Origin: Gemmatimonadota bacterium
GTDB taxonomy: Bacteria; Gemmatimonadota; Gemmatimonadetes; Gemmatimonadales; GWC2-71-9
Direction: 5' to 3'
DNA length: 64,000 bases
Assembly (NCBI GenBank): GCA_039588295.1
Contig: JBDHAB010000009.1
Location: 22,603 to 86,602 of the forward strand
Of this stretch, positions 1 to 9,385 are shown one piece after another (position 1 is the stretch's first letter; every line of letters begins with the position of its first letter). Under the pieces are notes generated by a model. That model saw only the letters and a list, made by a program, of their open reading frames with translations. It made no database searches and was not told the DNA's origin. The translations under genes were made by a program, and so were the position numbers.

Positions 1-2
1 TA

Positions 3-143
3 TTGGCAGGCACGTGGTGTCTCGAGCGCACGGAGACTCTTGCGCCAGGCCAGCTGGAGGAGATCGACCGCGTGCTTGCGGCCTATCCGCACCTCACTGA
101 CGACGCATTCGTTGCGGAACACCTGGATCGGTGGCTGCGTTAA
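3..143 (+). CDS. 3' end of a gene running in from the left edge; resembles the C-terminus of dihydrodipicolinate-synthase-family proteins
   Basis: Frame 3 is open from the edge to TAA at 141-143: LAGTWCLERTETLAPGQLEEIDRVLAAYPHLTDDAFVAEHLDRWLR. Family assignment is from recalled similarity only. Confidence 0.5.
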   Translation: MAGTWCLERTETLAPGQLEEIDRVLAAYPHLTDDAFVAEHLDRWLR

Positions 144-237
144 CAGTTGTGTGCCGACTTGCGAATTCCTCATGTCTCGGTCATTTATGCGATTCGTGCG
201 ATCAGCGTTTGATCGTCCGCCCGATCTTTGATTCAAG

Positions 238-753
238 TTGAGGCGCTTCGTCTTGCTGCCAAAGGTCTTTCATAACGGTTTCGTCGTCGGTGCCATTGGT
301 GCAAGCGCCGTCGCGGTGTGGTTCCTCGTGGTCGACCTCGTGGGCGGGCGTCCGTTCGCCACTCCGGCATTGCTGGGTTCAGCCGTGTTTTGGGGAGTCC
401 GCGACCCCACCGACGTGCAAATCACCTACGCGGCGGTGGTCGGCTACACAATGCTCCACGCCGTGGCCTTCTTCGCGGTCGGCGTGATTGCCGCCGCGTT
501 CGCGTGCATGGTGGAGCGTTTTCCGTCGACGTTGTTCCTTATCGTTGTGTTCTTCGCAGTCTTCGAGTTCGGCTTCTACGTTCTCGTTGCGCTCATGGCG
601 CAGCCGCTCCTGGGAGCGCTCGCCTGGTGGAGCGTGGCGTTGGGCAACCTCATCGCGGCTGGTGGCATGGGCTACTACCTATGGCAGGCCCACCCACGCA
701 TTCGCGAATCCCTGGCATTGCATCCGCTCGGCGATATCGCGGACGGCGAGTAG
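238..753 (+). CDS. Hypothetical integral membrane protein (about 4 TM helices)
   Basis: 171-aa ORF made almost entirely of hydrophobic segments. The TTG start is uncertain. Confidence 0.75.
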   Translation: MRRFVLLPKVFHNGFVVGAIGASAVAVWFLVVDLVGGRPFATPALLGSAVFWGVRDPTDVQITYAAVVGYTMLHAVAFFAVGVIAAAFACMVERFPSTLFLIVVFFAVFEFGFYVLVALMAQPLLGALAWWSVALGNLIAAGGMGYYLWQAHPRIRESLALHPLGDIADGE

Positions 754-936
754 GCTCGTGCCTCGGGTGGGCCGTTCTCTCCCACCTGGGATACCTGATC
801 GACCTTGTTGCTGATTCGTTGTTCTTGCCCTGGCTCTCGTATCTCCCGAGCCGTATCATAGCCTCACGTACCGATCGGCTCCCGTGGCTTCGTGTTCAAC
901 TTCCTCGAGCGCCGTGATGGCGCCCACGATCAGGAC

Positions 937-2319
937 ATGGACACGATCAAGTTCACGCTCATCAATCCGACGTCTCCGCTCTGGCGCGCTCGTCCGGGAA
1001 CACGTCCGCGCGGGGCCCGCGTGTTCCGATTCTCGATGCTCCCGAGTCTCCAAGTTGCGGCATCCATGCCACCGGGCGTGGAGACTCGGATCGTCGATGA
1101 AGATGTCGAGCCAATCGATTTCGATCTCGAGGCGGATCTCGTCGGCATCTCGTTCATGACCTTCAACGCCCCAAGGGCGTACGCGATCGCCGATCGGTTG
1201 CGGCGCGAGAAAGGCAAGACGGTGATCCTCGGTGGGTACCATCCCACGTTCTTGCCCGAGGAGGCGATTCAACACGCGGATGCCGTGTGCATCGGTGAGG
1301 CAGAGCACAACGTACCGCGTATGGCAGAGGATTTCGCCGCTGGACGCCTCCAGCCGTTCTACCGGAGCGATCTCGTGGATCTGAAGGGCTTGCCAGTGCC
1401 TGATCGAAATCTCATTCGCAGGCGGGCATACATCACGGTCGATGCGTTGCAGGCCACACGAGGTTGCCCGTACCGCTGCAAGTTCTGCTCGATTGCGGCC
1501 TTTCACCGCTACCGCATACGGACGCGCCCCGTCGACGAAGTTGTCGAGGAGCTAAAGACGCTCGGCCGATACGTGGCCTTCATGGACGACAACATCATCG
1601 GGGACCGCGACTACGCCGTGCAGCTCTTCGGTGCCATGATACCGCTGGGGAAGCGATGGTTCAGCCAGTGTGGTGTTGGCATCGCCTACGATGAGGAGCT
1701 GCTGCGGTTGGCGGTCCGGAGCGGGTGCCGCGGCCTATTCGTCGGCTTGGAATCGCTGTCGCAGGAGAATCTCAACGGCTGGTGTAAGCACGGCAACCGG
1801 GCGAAGGACTATTGTCGCCTCATTCGCAGGTTACACGAGGCCGGGGTCGGCGTGTATGCCGGCGTCGTCTTCGGCAGTGACGCCGACACCCCTGAGACCT
1901 TCGAAGCAACGCTCGAGTTTCTGCTTGACGCGAACGTCGACGCACTTCAGGCGACGAGGCTCACGCCGTTTCCAGGCACACCGCTGTTCGACGATATGGA
2001 GCGGGCAGGACGCATCGTTGATCGGGAATGGGCGCATTACGATTTCTCGCACGTCGTGTTCGAGCCACTGCACATGAGTCCCACCACGCTCGATCGGGGG
2101 ACGGCTTGGGTCCTGCGACAGTTCTATGCTCGGCGGAAGATCGTGCAGCGGCTATGGAAGGAGCTCAGGTATCTCAGCCCGGCGGCGTTCTCGCGCGTTG
2201 CCATTCCGTTGAACTTCGGGTACCGCCACAGGCTGGGAACGAATGGCACGCTTGGCCGGGGCAGGGCGTTCGTTCCGCCGTCGAGGGGGTTCGAGCGAGA
2301 GCCCAGACGTGACTCATGA
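937..2319 (+). CDS. Cobalamin-binding-domain radical SAM protein
   Basis: N-terminal B12-binding-like segment (DLVGIS...VILGGYHPT...GEAE), CxxxCxxC motif RGCPYRCKFC, FMDDN, GLES and TPFPGT. ATG at 937 follows AGGA. Confidence 0.9.
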   Translation: MDTIKFTLINPTSPLWRARPGTRPRGARVFRFSMLPSLQVAASMPPGVETRIVDEDVEPIDFDLEADLVGISFMTFNAPRAYAIADRLRREKGKTVILGGYHPTFLPEEAIQHADAVCIGEAEHNVPRMAEDFAAGRLQPFYRSDLVDLKGLPVPDRNLIRRRAYITVDALQATRGCPYRCKFCSIAAFHRYRIRTRPVDEVVEELKTLGRYVAFMDDNIIGDRDYAVQLFGAMIPLGKRWFSQCGVGIAYDEELLRLAVRSGCRGLFVGLESLSQENLNGWCKHGNRAKDYCRLIRRLHEAGVGVYAGVVFGSDADTPETFEATLEFLLDANVDALQATRLTPFPGTPLFDDMERAGRIVDREWAHYDFSHVVFEPLHMSPTTLDRGTAWVLRQFYARRKIVQRLWKELRYLSPAAFSRVAIPLNFGYRHRLGTNGTLGRGRAFVPPSRGFEREPRRDS

Positions 2320-2350
2320 GCATTTCTCGGGGTATGCATGGCGGACCGAG

Positions 2351-2776
2351 ATGCAATCGACACCCATGACCCGCTTCTGCCTGCTTGCGAGTGCCGGAGT
2401 GTTTCTGGCCGTCCTGGGGACCTCGGCGTGTGAGGACCTTGAGAGCCAGTGTGCCTGTACCCTGGAGTTCCGGACGTACACGGCCACGGTAGTCGACGAC
2501 ACGGGCAGCCTGGTGCCCGACGTCATCGTCACCCGAACCAATCTCCGTACCGGCGCGACGTTGGAGCCGACCTGGCTGGGCATGCTGCAGCCGGGCGTGT
2601 ACCTCTTGGCGGATGACGGGTTGCGCGACGCGTTCTCGAGCAACGGAGATACGCTGCGGGTCACGGGCGCCAAGGGTAACGACACATTTTCCGCCGATTT
2701 CGTGTTCGCCGTTCCAGATCCGTGCCGTTGCCACGTGCAGAAACTGGCCGGACCGGACACGGTGGTGATTGGGTAG
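2351..2776 (+). CDS. Hypothetical lipoprotein
   Basis: Hydrophobic signal ending in TSAC (lipobox-like), then a beta-rich domain with CACT and CRCH cysteine pairs. Start may be 2351 or 2366. Confidence 0.7.
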   Translation: MQSTPMTRFCLLASAGVFLAVLGTSACEDLESQCACTLEFRTYTATVVDDTGSLVPDVIVTRTNLRTGATLEPTWLGMLQPGVYLLADDGLRDAFSSNGDTLRVTGAKGNDTFSADFVFAVPDPCRCHVQKLAGPDTVVIG

Positions 2777-2822
2777 GCGAACGGCGTTACGCGGCGTTCC
2801 CTTCGCCAACTCGTGGTGCTGT

Positions 2823-2837
2823 GTTATCTTAGATAAC
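2823..2837. promoter_or_regulatory. AT-rich 7-1-7 inverted repeat GTTATCT-T-AGATAAC, candidate operator
   Basis: Perfect arms, 27 bp upstream of the ATG at 2865, in otherwise GC-rich DNA. Confidence 0.4.
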
Positions 2838-2864
2838 CTATATCCCGAGACCGGAGACTGGTTC

Positions 2865-3062
2865 ATGGCAAGACCGGGTCCGGCGAGCCACGCCAAACGC
2901 AAGCGCGAGTTCGCCAAGAAGGAGAAGCGACAGGCTAAGCTGGAGCGTCGTGCGCTGAGGAAGGAGCAGAAGGGGCAGCAGCCAGCTCCCACCGTTGAAC
3001 CTGGGCAGGATCCTGATCTGATCGGAATCGTTCCAGGCCCCCAGGCGCCAATCATCGACTGA
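2865..3062 (+). CDS. Small basic Lys/Arg-rich protein
   Basis: GGAGA RBS then ATG at 2865. 65 aa, MARPGPASHAKRKREFAKKEKRQAKLERR...DPDLIGIVPGPQ. Confidence 0.7.
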   Translation: MARPGPASHAKRKREFAKKEKRQAKLERRALRKEQKGQQPAPTVEPGQDPDLIGIVPGPQAPIID

Positions 3063-3098
3063 CAGCCCCGGGTGGGGACTCACTAGGGGTTTCCGTCC

Positions 3099-3833
3099 GT
3101 GCTCACGCTCGTCGCGGTCTTCGCTGCCGGCCTCACCGCAGGCTTTCTCAACGTAATGGCCGGCGGTGGGTCGCTCATCACGCTACCCATCCTCATCTTT
3201 CTCGGCCTTCCCGTTGCCGTTGCCAACGGCACGAACCGGGTCGCCATCCTCGTGCAAAATGTCGCGGCGGTGAGCAGCTTTCGCCGCCAGGGCTACCGAG
3301 ACGCGCGCGCGGGGCTCGCCTTTGCCCTCACGACGATTCCGGGTGCCATCGTCGGTGCGTTCCTGGCCGTTCGGGTCGGCGAGGCAACGTTCCGCGCGAT
3401 TCTGGCCGGTGTGCTGGCCGTCGCCGTGGTCGGCCTCGTGTTCCCGACTCGGAAGCGGGGCACGCCCGCCGAGGCGGGGACGCGGGTTCGCGCCATTGCG
3501 TTCCTCGCGTTTTTCGGCATCGGCTTCTATGGCGGGTTCATTCAGGCGGGCGTGGGGTTCCTGCTGATGCTCGTGCTGCACCAGCTTCTCCGCTTCGATC
3601 TGGTGCGGACCAACATGCACAAGGTGCTCATCATCCTCGTCTTCAGTCTTCCCGCGCTCATGGTGTTTGTCGCCACCGGCAACGTCGCCTGGACTACGGC
3701 CGGTGCGCTTGCCGTCGGGAATGCCCTGGGGGCGATCGTGGCCACGCGTGTATCGGTCGCGGGTGGGGAGCGGCCGGTCCGAATCGTGGTGGGAGTTGCC
3801 TTGCTGCTGATGGCGGTACGGCTGGTCTGGTAA
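3099..3833 (+). CDS. Sulfite exporter TauE/SafE (DUF81) family membrane protein
   Basis: AGGGSLITLPIL...ANGTN and GFYGGFIQAGVG motifs, about 8 TM segments. Confidence 0.9.
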   Translation: MLTLVAVFAAGLTAGFLNVMAGGGSLITLPILIFLGLPVAVANGTNRVAILVQNVAAVSSFRRQGYRDARAGLAFALTTIPGAIVGAFLAVRVGEATFRAILAGVLAVAVVGLVFPTRKRGTPAEAGTRVRAIAFLAFFGIGFYGGFIQAGVGFLLMLVLHQLLRFDLVRTNMHKVLIILVFSLPALMVFVATGNVAWTTAGALAVGNALGAIVATRVSVAGGERPVRIVVGVALLLMAVRLVW

Positions 3834-3875
3834 ACGCAGCGTCTTCAGGGTGGGCTGCACTTGACGCTTGCTTGA

Positions 3876-4529
3876 CGCGACCCACGTAAATGGGAAGCAA
3901 CCGCAGCCCCGGGGGCGATCGTGCGGAGCTTCCTCCTTCCATCGCTCGTGCTTCTCCTCAGCCCACTGGCAAGCGCCGTGGGACAAGAGGCGCGCCTGGC
4001 GCCCGGCCAACGCGTCCGGGTCACGGCTCACACGTGCCAGCTCCGCCGCACACCGGTGACCTTCGTGGCATTTCGCGCTGACAGCATGCATGTGCGGTAC
4101 GTCAAGAAACGCCTCGACCACGGCAGCGTTGTCACCGATTCGCTGAGCGCAGCGGTGCCGCTTGCAGCCGTGACGAAGCTCGAGGTCCCTGCCGGACGGC
4201 GGTCCAACTGGGACAAGGGCGCCCGCAGCGGTGCGATCGTCGGGGGGCTGGTTGGGTTGGGCTTTGGCGCCCTGTTGGTGGCGGACTGCGGCGACGACAG
4301 AGGGTTGCTCTGCCCCGGGGACGGAGGCGAACAAGCAAAGGCGATCGTAGTCTCCGCGGCCGTGTTGGGCATGGCCGGAGGCGTCCTGGGCACCGTGATC
4401 GGCGCGATGTCATCCCGAGAGGTATGGCAGGAGGTGCCGGTTGGACGCCCGCGCGTCGCCGTCTTCCCCACACCGACCGGCCTCGCGGTGGGGGCGGCGA
4501 TCAGGTTCTGAGTTAGGCGCGACCCACGT
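3876..4529 (+). repeat. 12-bp direct repeat CGCGACCCACGT at 3876-3887 and 4518-4529 flanking one gene
   Basis: Exact copies read directly on both sides of CDS 3921-4511. Confidence 0.6.
3921..4511 (+). CDS. Hypothetical secreted protein with glycine-zipper segments
   Basis: Signal peptide, PGQRVRV domain, GAIVGGLVGLG and GMAGGVLGTVIG zippers, C-terminal aromatic residue (IRF). Confidence 0.75.
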   Translation: MRSFLLPSLVLLLSPLASAVGQEARLAPGQRVRVTAHTCQLRRTPVTFVAFRADSMHVRYVKKRLDHGSVVTDSLSAAVPLAAVTKLEVPAGRRSNWDKGARSGAIVGGLVGLGFGALLVADCGDDRGLLCPGDGGEQAKAIVVSAAVLGMAGGVLGTVIGAMSSREVWQEVPVGRPRVAVFPTPTGLAVGAAIRF

Positions 4530-4542
4530 TGGAAACGAACGA

Positions 4543-4568
4543 CGGGGCCGGTTCGAGAACCGGCCCCG
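4543..4568. terminator. Hairpin between convergent genes, probable bidirectional terminator
   Basis: CGGGGCCGGTTC-GA-GAACCGGCCCCG, perfect inverted repeat. Confidence 0.7.
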
Positions 4569-4595
4569 CTTGTTGGCCGACCGTGATCGCTTCCG

Positions 4596-6845
4596 CTACC
4601 AGGGGTAGGTCGGCGGCTCCAGGTGCTCGATAAGGAAGTCGATTCGCTTCTGGGACGCGTGCCGTCCCGCAGCCCCGCGAAGCCCGTGGCGATTCCCGGG
4701 ATAGAGCATGAGGTCGAACTGGCGCCCCGCCTCGACGAGCGCGTCGATGAGCTGCGTCGTGTTGCCGGGGTGGACGTTGTTGTCCACCGCCCCGTGCATG
4801 ATGAGGAGCTTGCCCTTCAGGTTCTTGGCGTAGGGGATTGCCGAGCCGAGGTCATACCCCTCCTCGTTCTCCTGCGGCGTGCGCATGTAGCGCTCGGTGT
4901 AGATCGTGTCGTAGTTGCGCCAATCGGTGACCGGAGCATGGGCCACGCCCACGTGAAACAGCTCGGGCTCCTTGACGAGCGCCATCACGGTCATGTAGCC
5001 ACCGTACGATCCCCCGTAGATGCCCACGCTGGTGGCGTCGGCGTAGGGCCGCTCGACGATCTGCTTCAACGCAGCGGCCTGATCGGCCAGATCCACCTGT
5101 CCGAGCTTGAGGTACGTCTCCATTTCGAACGCCTTGCCGCGGTTGCGCTCACCGCGGTTGTCCACTCTCCACACCATGAATCCGAGCTGCGCCAGACGCT
5201 GGTCCCCGCTGTTGTGGTAGTACCGGTTGCTGATCGCTTTCGAGTGTGGGCCACCGTAGACGGGTACGACCACCGGGTAGGCGATGGTCGAATCGTAGTC
5301 GGCGGGCTTATAGAGCATTCCGTGCAGATCAGTGACGCCATCCGCGGCCTTGACGACCACCAGCTCCGGTGGCTCGAGGCCCAGAGAATCCAGCTTGGCC
5401 GTGTTGGTGGTCATGAGATTCCGGATGAGCGTGCCGTCGGCGTGATGCAGATTGGCCGTGAGTGGTGTGGTGAACGAGGAATAGGAGTCGACGTAGTACT
5501 GGCCCGCCGGGTCCATGCTGATACGGTGGGACCCAGGTTCGGTGGTGAGCTTTTCCAAACCCGAGCCATCGAGCCGTACCCGGAAGAAGTGGGTCTCGAG
5601 CCCCATCTCCGTGTTCCCCGTGAAGTACACCCACTCCTCGTTGTCGTCGACACCGACCACGCTGCCGACGGGCCACTCACCGCTCGTCAACTGCGCAAGC
5701 TGGTTGCCCTGGAGGTCGTACAGATACAGATGGCGCCAGCCGGTCCGCTCGGAGGTCCACAGAAACCGTTGTCCGTCTTCCAGCAGTCTGAAGTCGTCAT
5801 GGAGGTTGACGAAGGCAGGCTCCTGCTCCGTCAGAACGGTCCGGACCCCTCCGGTGCGCACATCGGCGGCGAGGAGCTCGAGCACGCTCTGGTGACGGTT
5901 GAGGCGTCGGAGCAGGATCTCGTTGCCCCGCGGCAGCCACATGGGCCGCACGATGTAGTTGTCGGGCGTGCTGTTCGTCTGGACTTCGACCGTCTCGCCG
6001 GTCTCGATATCGACGATCTTGAGTACCACCGTAGGGTTGGGTTCGCCGGCCTTCGGATAGCTCTGCAATTCCAGTTGAGCTTCGGCCAGCGTGTCGTGCA
6101 CGATGGGGTATTTGTGGACGGCGCTCTCGTCGGACCGGTAGTAGGCAAGCTTTCGGCCGTCCGACGAGAACCAGTAGGCGTCCCGCTGGCCGAACTCTTC
6201 GGGATAGACCCAGTTGGGCCGACCGTTGAACGTGTCCAGGTTGCCGTCGAACGTGAGCCGCTGCTCTCCGCCCGTCGTGGTGTTGGTGACGTAGAGATCG
6301 TATCCCTTCACGTGGGCGAACCGCGCATAGTCCGGTGAGTAGCTTCCGTTCCACAGCTGGCTGCCGGCCATGCCACGCATCAAGTCCTCCGAATAGGGTT
6401 GAGGCTCGATCTTGGGACGCCGCAGTTGGCGCAGTCGATGCGCAGCGAAATCGAAGAGGAAGTACCGATCACCCGCCTCGAACGTCATGGCGCCGCCGTC
6501 GTGCACGAACGCGAACTGGCGAAACGGCAGGCCCGTTGCATTCTCACCCGTGATATTGGCGTACTGCCCGGCGATCGCCCCCGTGGTAGCCGCGTCGAAG
6601 AGGGGAGATTCCTCCTCGGTCACAGGGTCCACCCGATAGAACTGCCTGGCACCCGCCGTATCGGCGCGGCTCGTAAAGTAGCCCCGTCCTCCGGGCAACC
6701 ACCGGATCTGCGAAGAGCCGTTGGTGGAGGTTAGACCCCGCCACTGATCATAGAGCTCCTTACCGCGCAGCTGCGCCTGGGCATCCCGGGTGAGGCCCAC
6801 GGACAGCAGACTGAGGGCCAGCATGGTTGTGCCTATCCGCTTCAT
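4596..6845 (-). CDS. Dipeptidyl peptidase IV-like S9B serine peptidase, secreted
   Basis: Signal peptide MKRIGTT...AQA, DPP-IV propeller (WVYPEEF, YPKAG) and catalytic GGSYGG, DNNVH and NRHG. Confidence 0.92.
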   Translation of the reverse strand: MKRIGTTMLALSLLSVGLTRDAQAQLRGKELYDQWRGLTSTNGSSQIRWLPGGRGYFTSRADTAGARQFYRVDPVTEEESPLFDAATTGAIAGQYANITGENATGLPFRQFAFVHDGGAMTFEAGDRYFLFDFAAHRLRQLRRPKIEPQPYSEDLMRGMAGSQLWNGSYSPDYARFAHVKGYDLYVTNTTTGGEQRLTFDGNLDTFNGRPNWVYPEEFGQRDAYWFSSDGRKLAYYRSDESAVHKYPIVHDTLAEAQLELQSYPKAGEPNPTVVLKIVDIETGETVEVQTNSTPDNYIVRPMWLPRGNEILLRRLNRHQSVLELLAADVRTGGVRTVLTEQEPAFVNLHDDFRLLEDGQRFLWTSERTGWRHLYLYDLQGNQLAQLTSGEWPVGSVVGVDDNEEWVYFTGNTEMGLETHFFRVRLDGSGLEKLTTEPGSHRISMDPAGQYYVDSYSSFTTPLTANLHHADGTLIRNLMTTNTAKLDSLGLEPPELVVVKAADGVTDLHGMLYKPADYDSTIAYPVVVPVYGGPHSKAISNRYYHNSGDQRLAQLGFMVWRVDNRGERNRGKAFEMETYLKLGQVDLADQAAALKQIVERPYADATSVGIYGGSYGGYMTVMALVKEPELFHVGVAHAPVTDWRNYDTIYTERYMRTPQENEEGYDLGSAIPYAKNLKGKLLIMHGAVDNNVHPGNTTQLIDALVEAGRQFDLMLYPGNRHGLRGAAGRHASQKRIDFLIEHLEPPTYPW

Positions 6846-7043
6846 CGATCGCTCCAGCTTGGCTGAGAAGGTACAGCATGATATCGCAGCGATACTGTCA
6901 TCGGTAGGTGGAGCGATCCTGAGGAGGTCAGCTCCGGGCGCCACGCAGCAGTCAGGGGGTCCAGGTGGCTCAGATCCGGCGCTCGACTATCTTCCGTGTC
7001 GCACTGATGCCCGAATGTCCGACACGCGAACCAGGGATGACCC

Positions 7044-7460
7044 TTGACCGACCGAGAGCCCGACCGTAGCGCGCCCACGCGTTTCGCCCATTCGCATCTG
7101 CTCGATGCCGTCCCCGATGCCATCGTGATCGTCGATGCTAACGGGCGAGTCGCTCGAGTGAACGCGCGTGCAGAGGGATTGTTCGGGTACTCGCGGGACG
7201 AGCTCATCGGCGAGCCGGTGGAACTGCTGCTCCCAGAACGGATTCGCGCGCAGCATGTCGGTGATCGGGAGGGATACGGCCGCAATCCGCACGTCCGACC
7301 GATGGGTGCAGACCTCGACCTCCGTGCCCGACACAAAGACGGTCACGAGTTTCGCGTCGAGATCAGCCTGTCCCCGTACCAAACGCAGGAGGGGCCGCAA
7401 GTCGTGTGCTCGATCCGCGACGTCCCTGCCCGCCACCGTGGTCCCGTGGAGCCCGAGTAG
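7044..7460 (+). CDS. Stand-alone PAS (S-box) domain protein
   Basis: LDAVPDAIVIVD...NARAEGLFGYSRDELIG...RHKDG.EF.VEISLS...IRD, with no output domain before the stop. Confidence 0.85.
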   Translation: MTDREPDRSAPTRFAHSHLLDAVPDAIVIVDANGRVARVNARAEGLFGYSRDELIGEPVELLLPERIRAQHVGDREGYGRNPHVRPMGADLDLRARHKDGHEFRVEISLSPYQTQEGPQVVCSIRDVPARHRGPVEPE

Positions 7461-7480
7461 CGCCCCGCGGTGCGAAGCGA

Positions 7481-8020
7481 CTACGGCGCCACCGCCACCG
7501 CGCCGAGTCGCCGCTCGACCACAGGCCGAACCCCCGTCATCCCGGCTAGTTCCGCAAGCCTGAGTGCTTCGTCGGCCTCCACACCCCGGTGCTCTGCCAG
7601 CCACACGCCCCACAGCCCGGATACACGATTGCCCGAACCGCAATGCAGCAGCGTCGGCCCTTGGTGTTGCTCCATCACGTCGGCGAGACCGGCGACCTGT
7701 TCGTCGGTGATCGCCGAGACCGGACTCTCCATGGGGATGCTCACAAACGTCATGCCGAGGCCCTCCACGGCCGCCCGCTCATCCCACTCGACCTCCTGCA
7801 CCCCTCTCGTGGAGACGATTGTCTGGTATCCCTGCGCGGCGAGGTATTCCAGTGCCGCCTGGGAAGGCTGCCCGCCGATCAGCACATCGCCCACCTGCGC
7901 GCAGTTTCGCATCCCCTCGACCTGGCAAGGAACGGGATCGGCCACGACGGTGTCACTTGCCCGCTCCGAGCAGGCAAGCAATGGAACAAGGGCGAGCAGG
8001 ACCAGAAATCGTTTGGGCAT
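7481..8020 (-). CDS. Lipoprotein with DUF442/BLH phosphatase-like (sulfurtransferase-type) domain
   Basis: Lipobox LLAC, GGQPS and the P-loop LLHCGSGNR. Start at MPKRF (8020). Confidence 0.75.
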   Translation of the reverse strand: MPKRFLVLLALVPLLACSERASDTVVADPVPCQVEGMRNCAQVGDVLIGGQPSQAALEYLAAQGYQTIVSTRGVQEVEWDERAAVEGLGMTFVSIPMESPVSAITDEQVAGLADVMEQHQGPTLLHCGSGNRVSGLWGVWLAEHRGVEADEALRLAELAGMTGVRPVVERRLGAVAVAP

Positions 8021-8105
8021 CTCATCGACCTCGAGCGTCTGGGTTCGGTCACCAGGCAAGATCGCGACCCGATTGGCCGGCAGCCTCGTGACCGAGGCCC
8101 CTCGT

Positions 8106-8585
8106 TCAGCTGGATCCTGCGGACGGCGTCGATTGGTGCGCGTGCAACAGCTTCCAGCCCCCGTTCCGGCGGACGAACACCTCCGTCCACGCAACGGGGC
8201 CACTGGAGACCGTATCCCCCTCCATCCCGATCACGGTCACCACGCCGCCGAGGGTGAGGGCCACGGCGTCCGGCGAGAGAACGGAAACCTCCGCCGGATG
8301 CCATTCGACCGTCTGGCGGCCCATCTGTCCGTAGGATTGACGCAGCAGTTGGGAGAGTGAGGCATACCCGACCACCCGTCCATCCATTACGAGCCCGACA
8401 TCGGGGGCGAAGAAGCTGAGCACCGCCTCCGCGTCGACCGCCTCGGCGGCGGCGACCAGGTCGATCTGTACCTGAAGGATCGTGTCAACGAGCGCTAGGC
8501 GCTGATCCTCGGTGAGATCAACGCTTGTTGGCTGGCACGCCGCCAGCAGCACCAGCGCGAAGCCTACGAGTCCGATTCGTCGCAT
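8106..8585 (-). CDS. SnoaL/NTF2-like (DUF4440-type) lipoprotein
   Basis: Lipobox LAAC and the C-terminal WTEVFVRRNGGWKLLHAHQS typical of NTF2-like folds. Confidence 0.8.
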   Translation of the reverse strand: MRRIGLVGFALVLLAACQPTSVDLTEDQRLALVDTILQVQIDLVAAAEAVDAEAVLSFFAPDVGLVMDGRVVGYASLSQLLRQSYGQMGRQTVEWHPAEVSVLSPDAVALTLGGVVTVIGMEGDTVSSGPVAWTEVFVRRNGGWKLLHAHQSTPSAGSS

Positions 8586-8750
8586 TGGGTTCCCCGATCC
8601 GGTTCACGAGCCTGGCCAATCTAGCCCCCGCCGTGCCCGGCTGGAAGAGCGTAGGTCACCCTCCGGCATTGACAACGAGAACGGCATCCCCACTGTTTGA
8701 GGCGGCAGCATCGAGTACCCACTTTGCGCACATGAGCGGATAGGCGGCCG

Positions 8751-9320
8751 ATGAAGCTTCCGGAGACCAGAGTTCGATACCCGAGTTGGGTTGCCTCGGA
8801 CATCGATTGGGAACAGCGTTACCCGACCGTCGAGGGTCGCATGCGGTTGGCGATCCAGCTGTCGCGGGAGAACGTGCTGCGGGACACCGGTGGTCCCTTC
8901 GGCGCGGCCATCTTCGAGCACGAAACCGGACGGCTGGTTTCTGTTGGGGTCAATCTCGTGGTCGCCAACGCCAACTCGACGCTCCATGCAGAGATGGTGG
9001 CGTTCATGATGGCCGAAGCGCGCCTGGGCCACTATTCACTTGGCTCGGTGGAGCTTCCGGCCCACGATCTTGTGACATCGTGTGACCCGTGCGCCATGTG
9101 CCTGGGTGCGATCTTGTGGGCAGGCGTCAAGCGGGTCGTGACCGGTGCGGGACATATGGATGCCAAGCGACTCGGCTTCGACGAGGGACCGGTGTTTCCG
9201 GAGTCGTACGAGTACCTCGAGTCCAAGGGCATCGAAGTCGTGCGCGGTGTCCTCCGCCAACAGGCGGCAGAGGTGCTGGATTTCTATCGGGAACGGGGCG
9301 GGCCGATTTACAACGGGTAA
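8751..9320 (+). CDS. Zn-dependent nucleoside/nucleobase deaminase (CDA fold, guanine-deaminase-like)
   Basis: GGPFGAAI, HAE, PCAMC and GFDEG motifs; first gene of a purine cluster. Confidence 0.88.
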   Translation: MKLPETRVRYPSWVASDIDWEQRYPTVEGRMRLAIQLSRENVLRDTGGPFGAAIFEHETGRLVSVGVNLVVANANSTLHAEMVAFMMAEARLGHYSLGSVELPAHDLVTSCDPCAMCLGAILWAGVKRVVTGAGHMDAKRLGFDEGPVFPESYEYLESKGIEVVRGVLRQQAAEVLDFYRERGGPIYNG

Positions 9321-9385
9321 GAATGAGAGACCCCTCCTCGCCCAATCTCTGCCACCAGGACGACTGAACCGAACGCGCCAGGCCG

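Noticed and set aside
4623..6338. 571-aa plus-strand ORF, and similar long antisense ORFs such as 17970-19442, 19327-20541, 53492-54640, 58262-59293 and 59465-60859
   Set aside because: They lie opposite well-supported genes and have no motifs. Such shadow ORFs are expected from high-GC codon bias.
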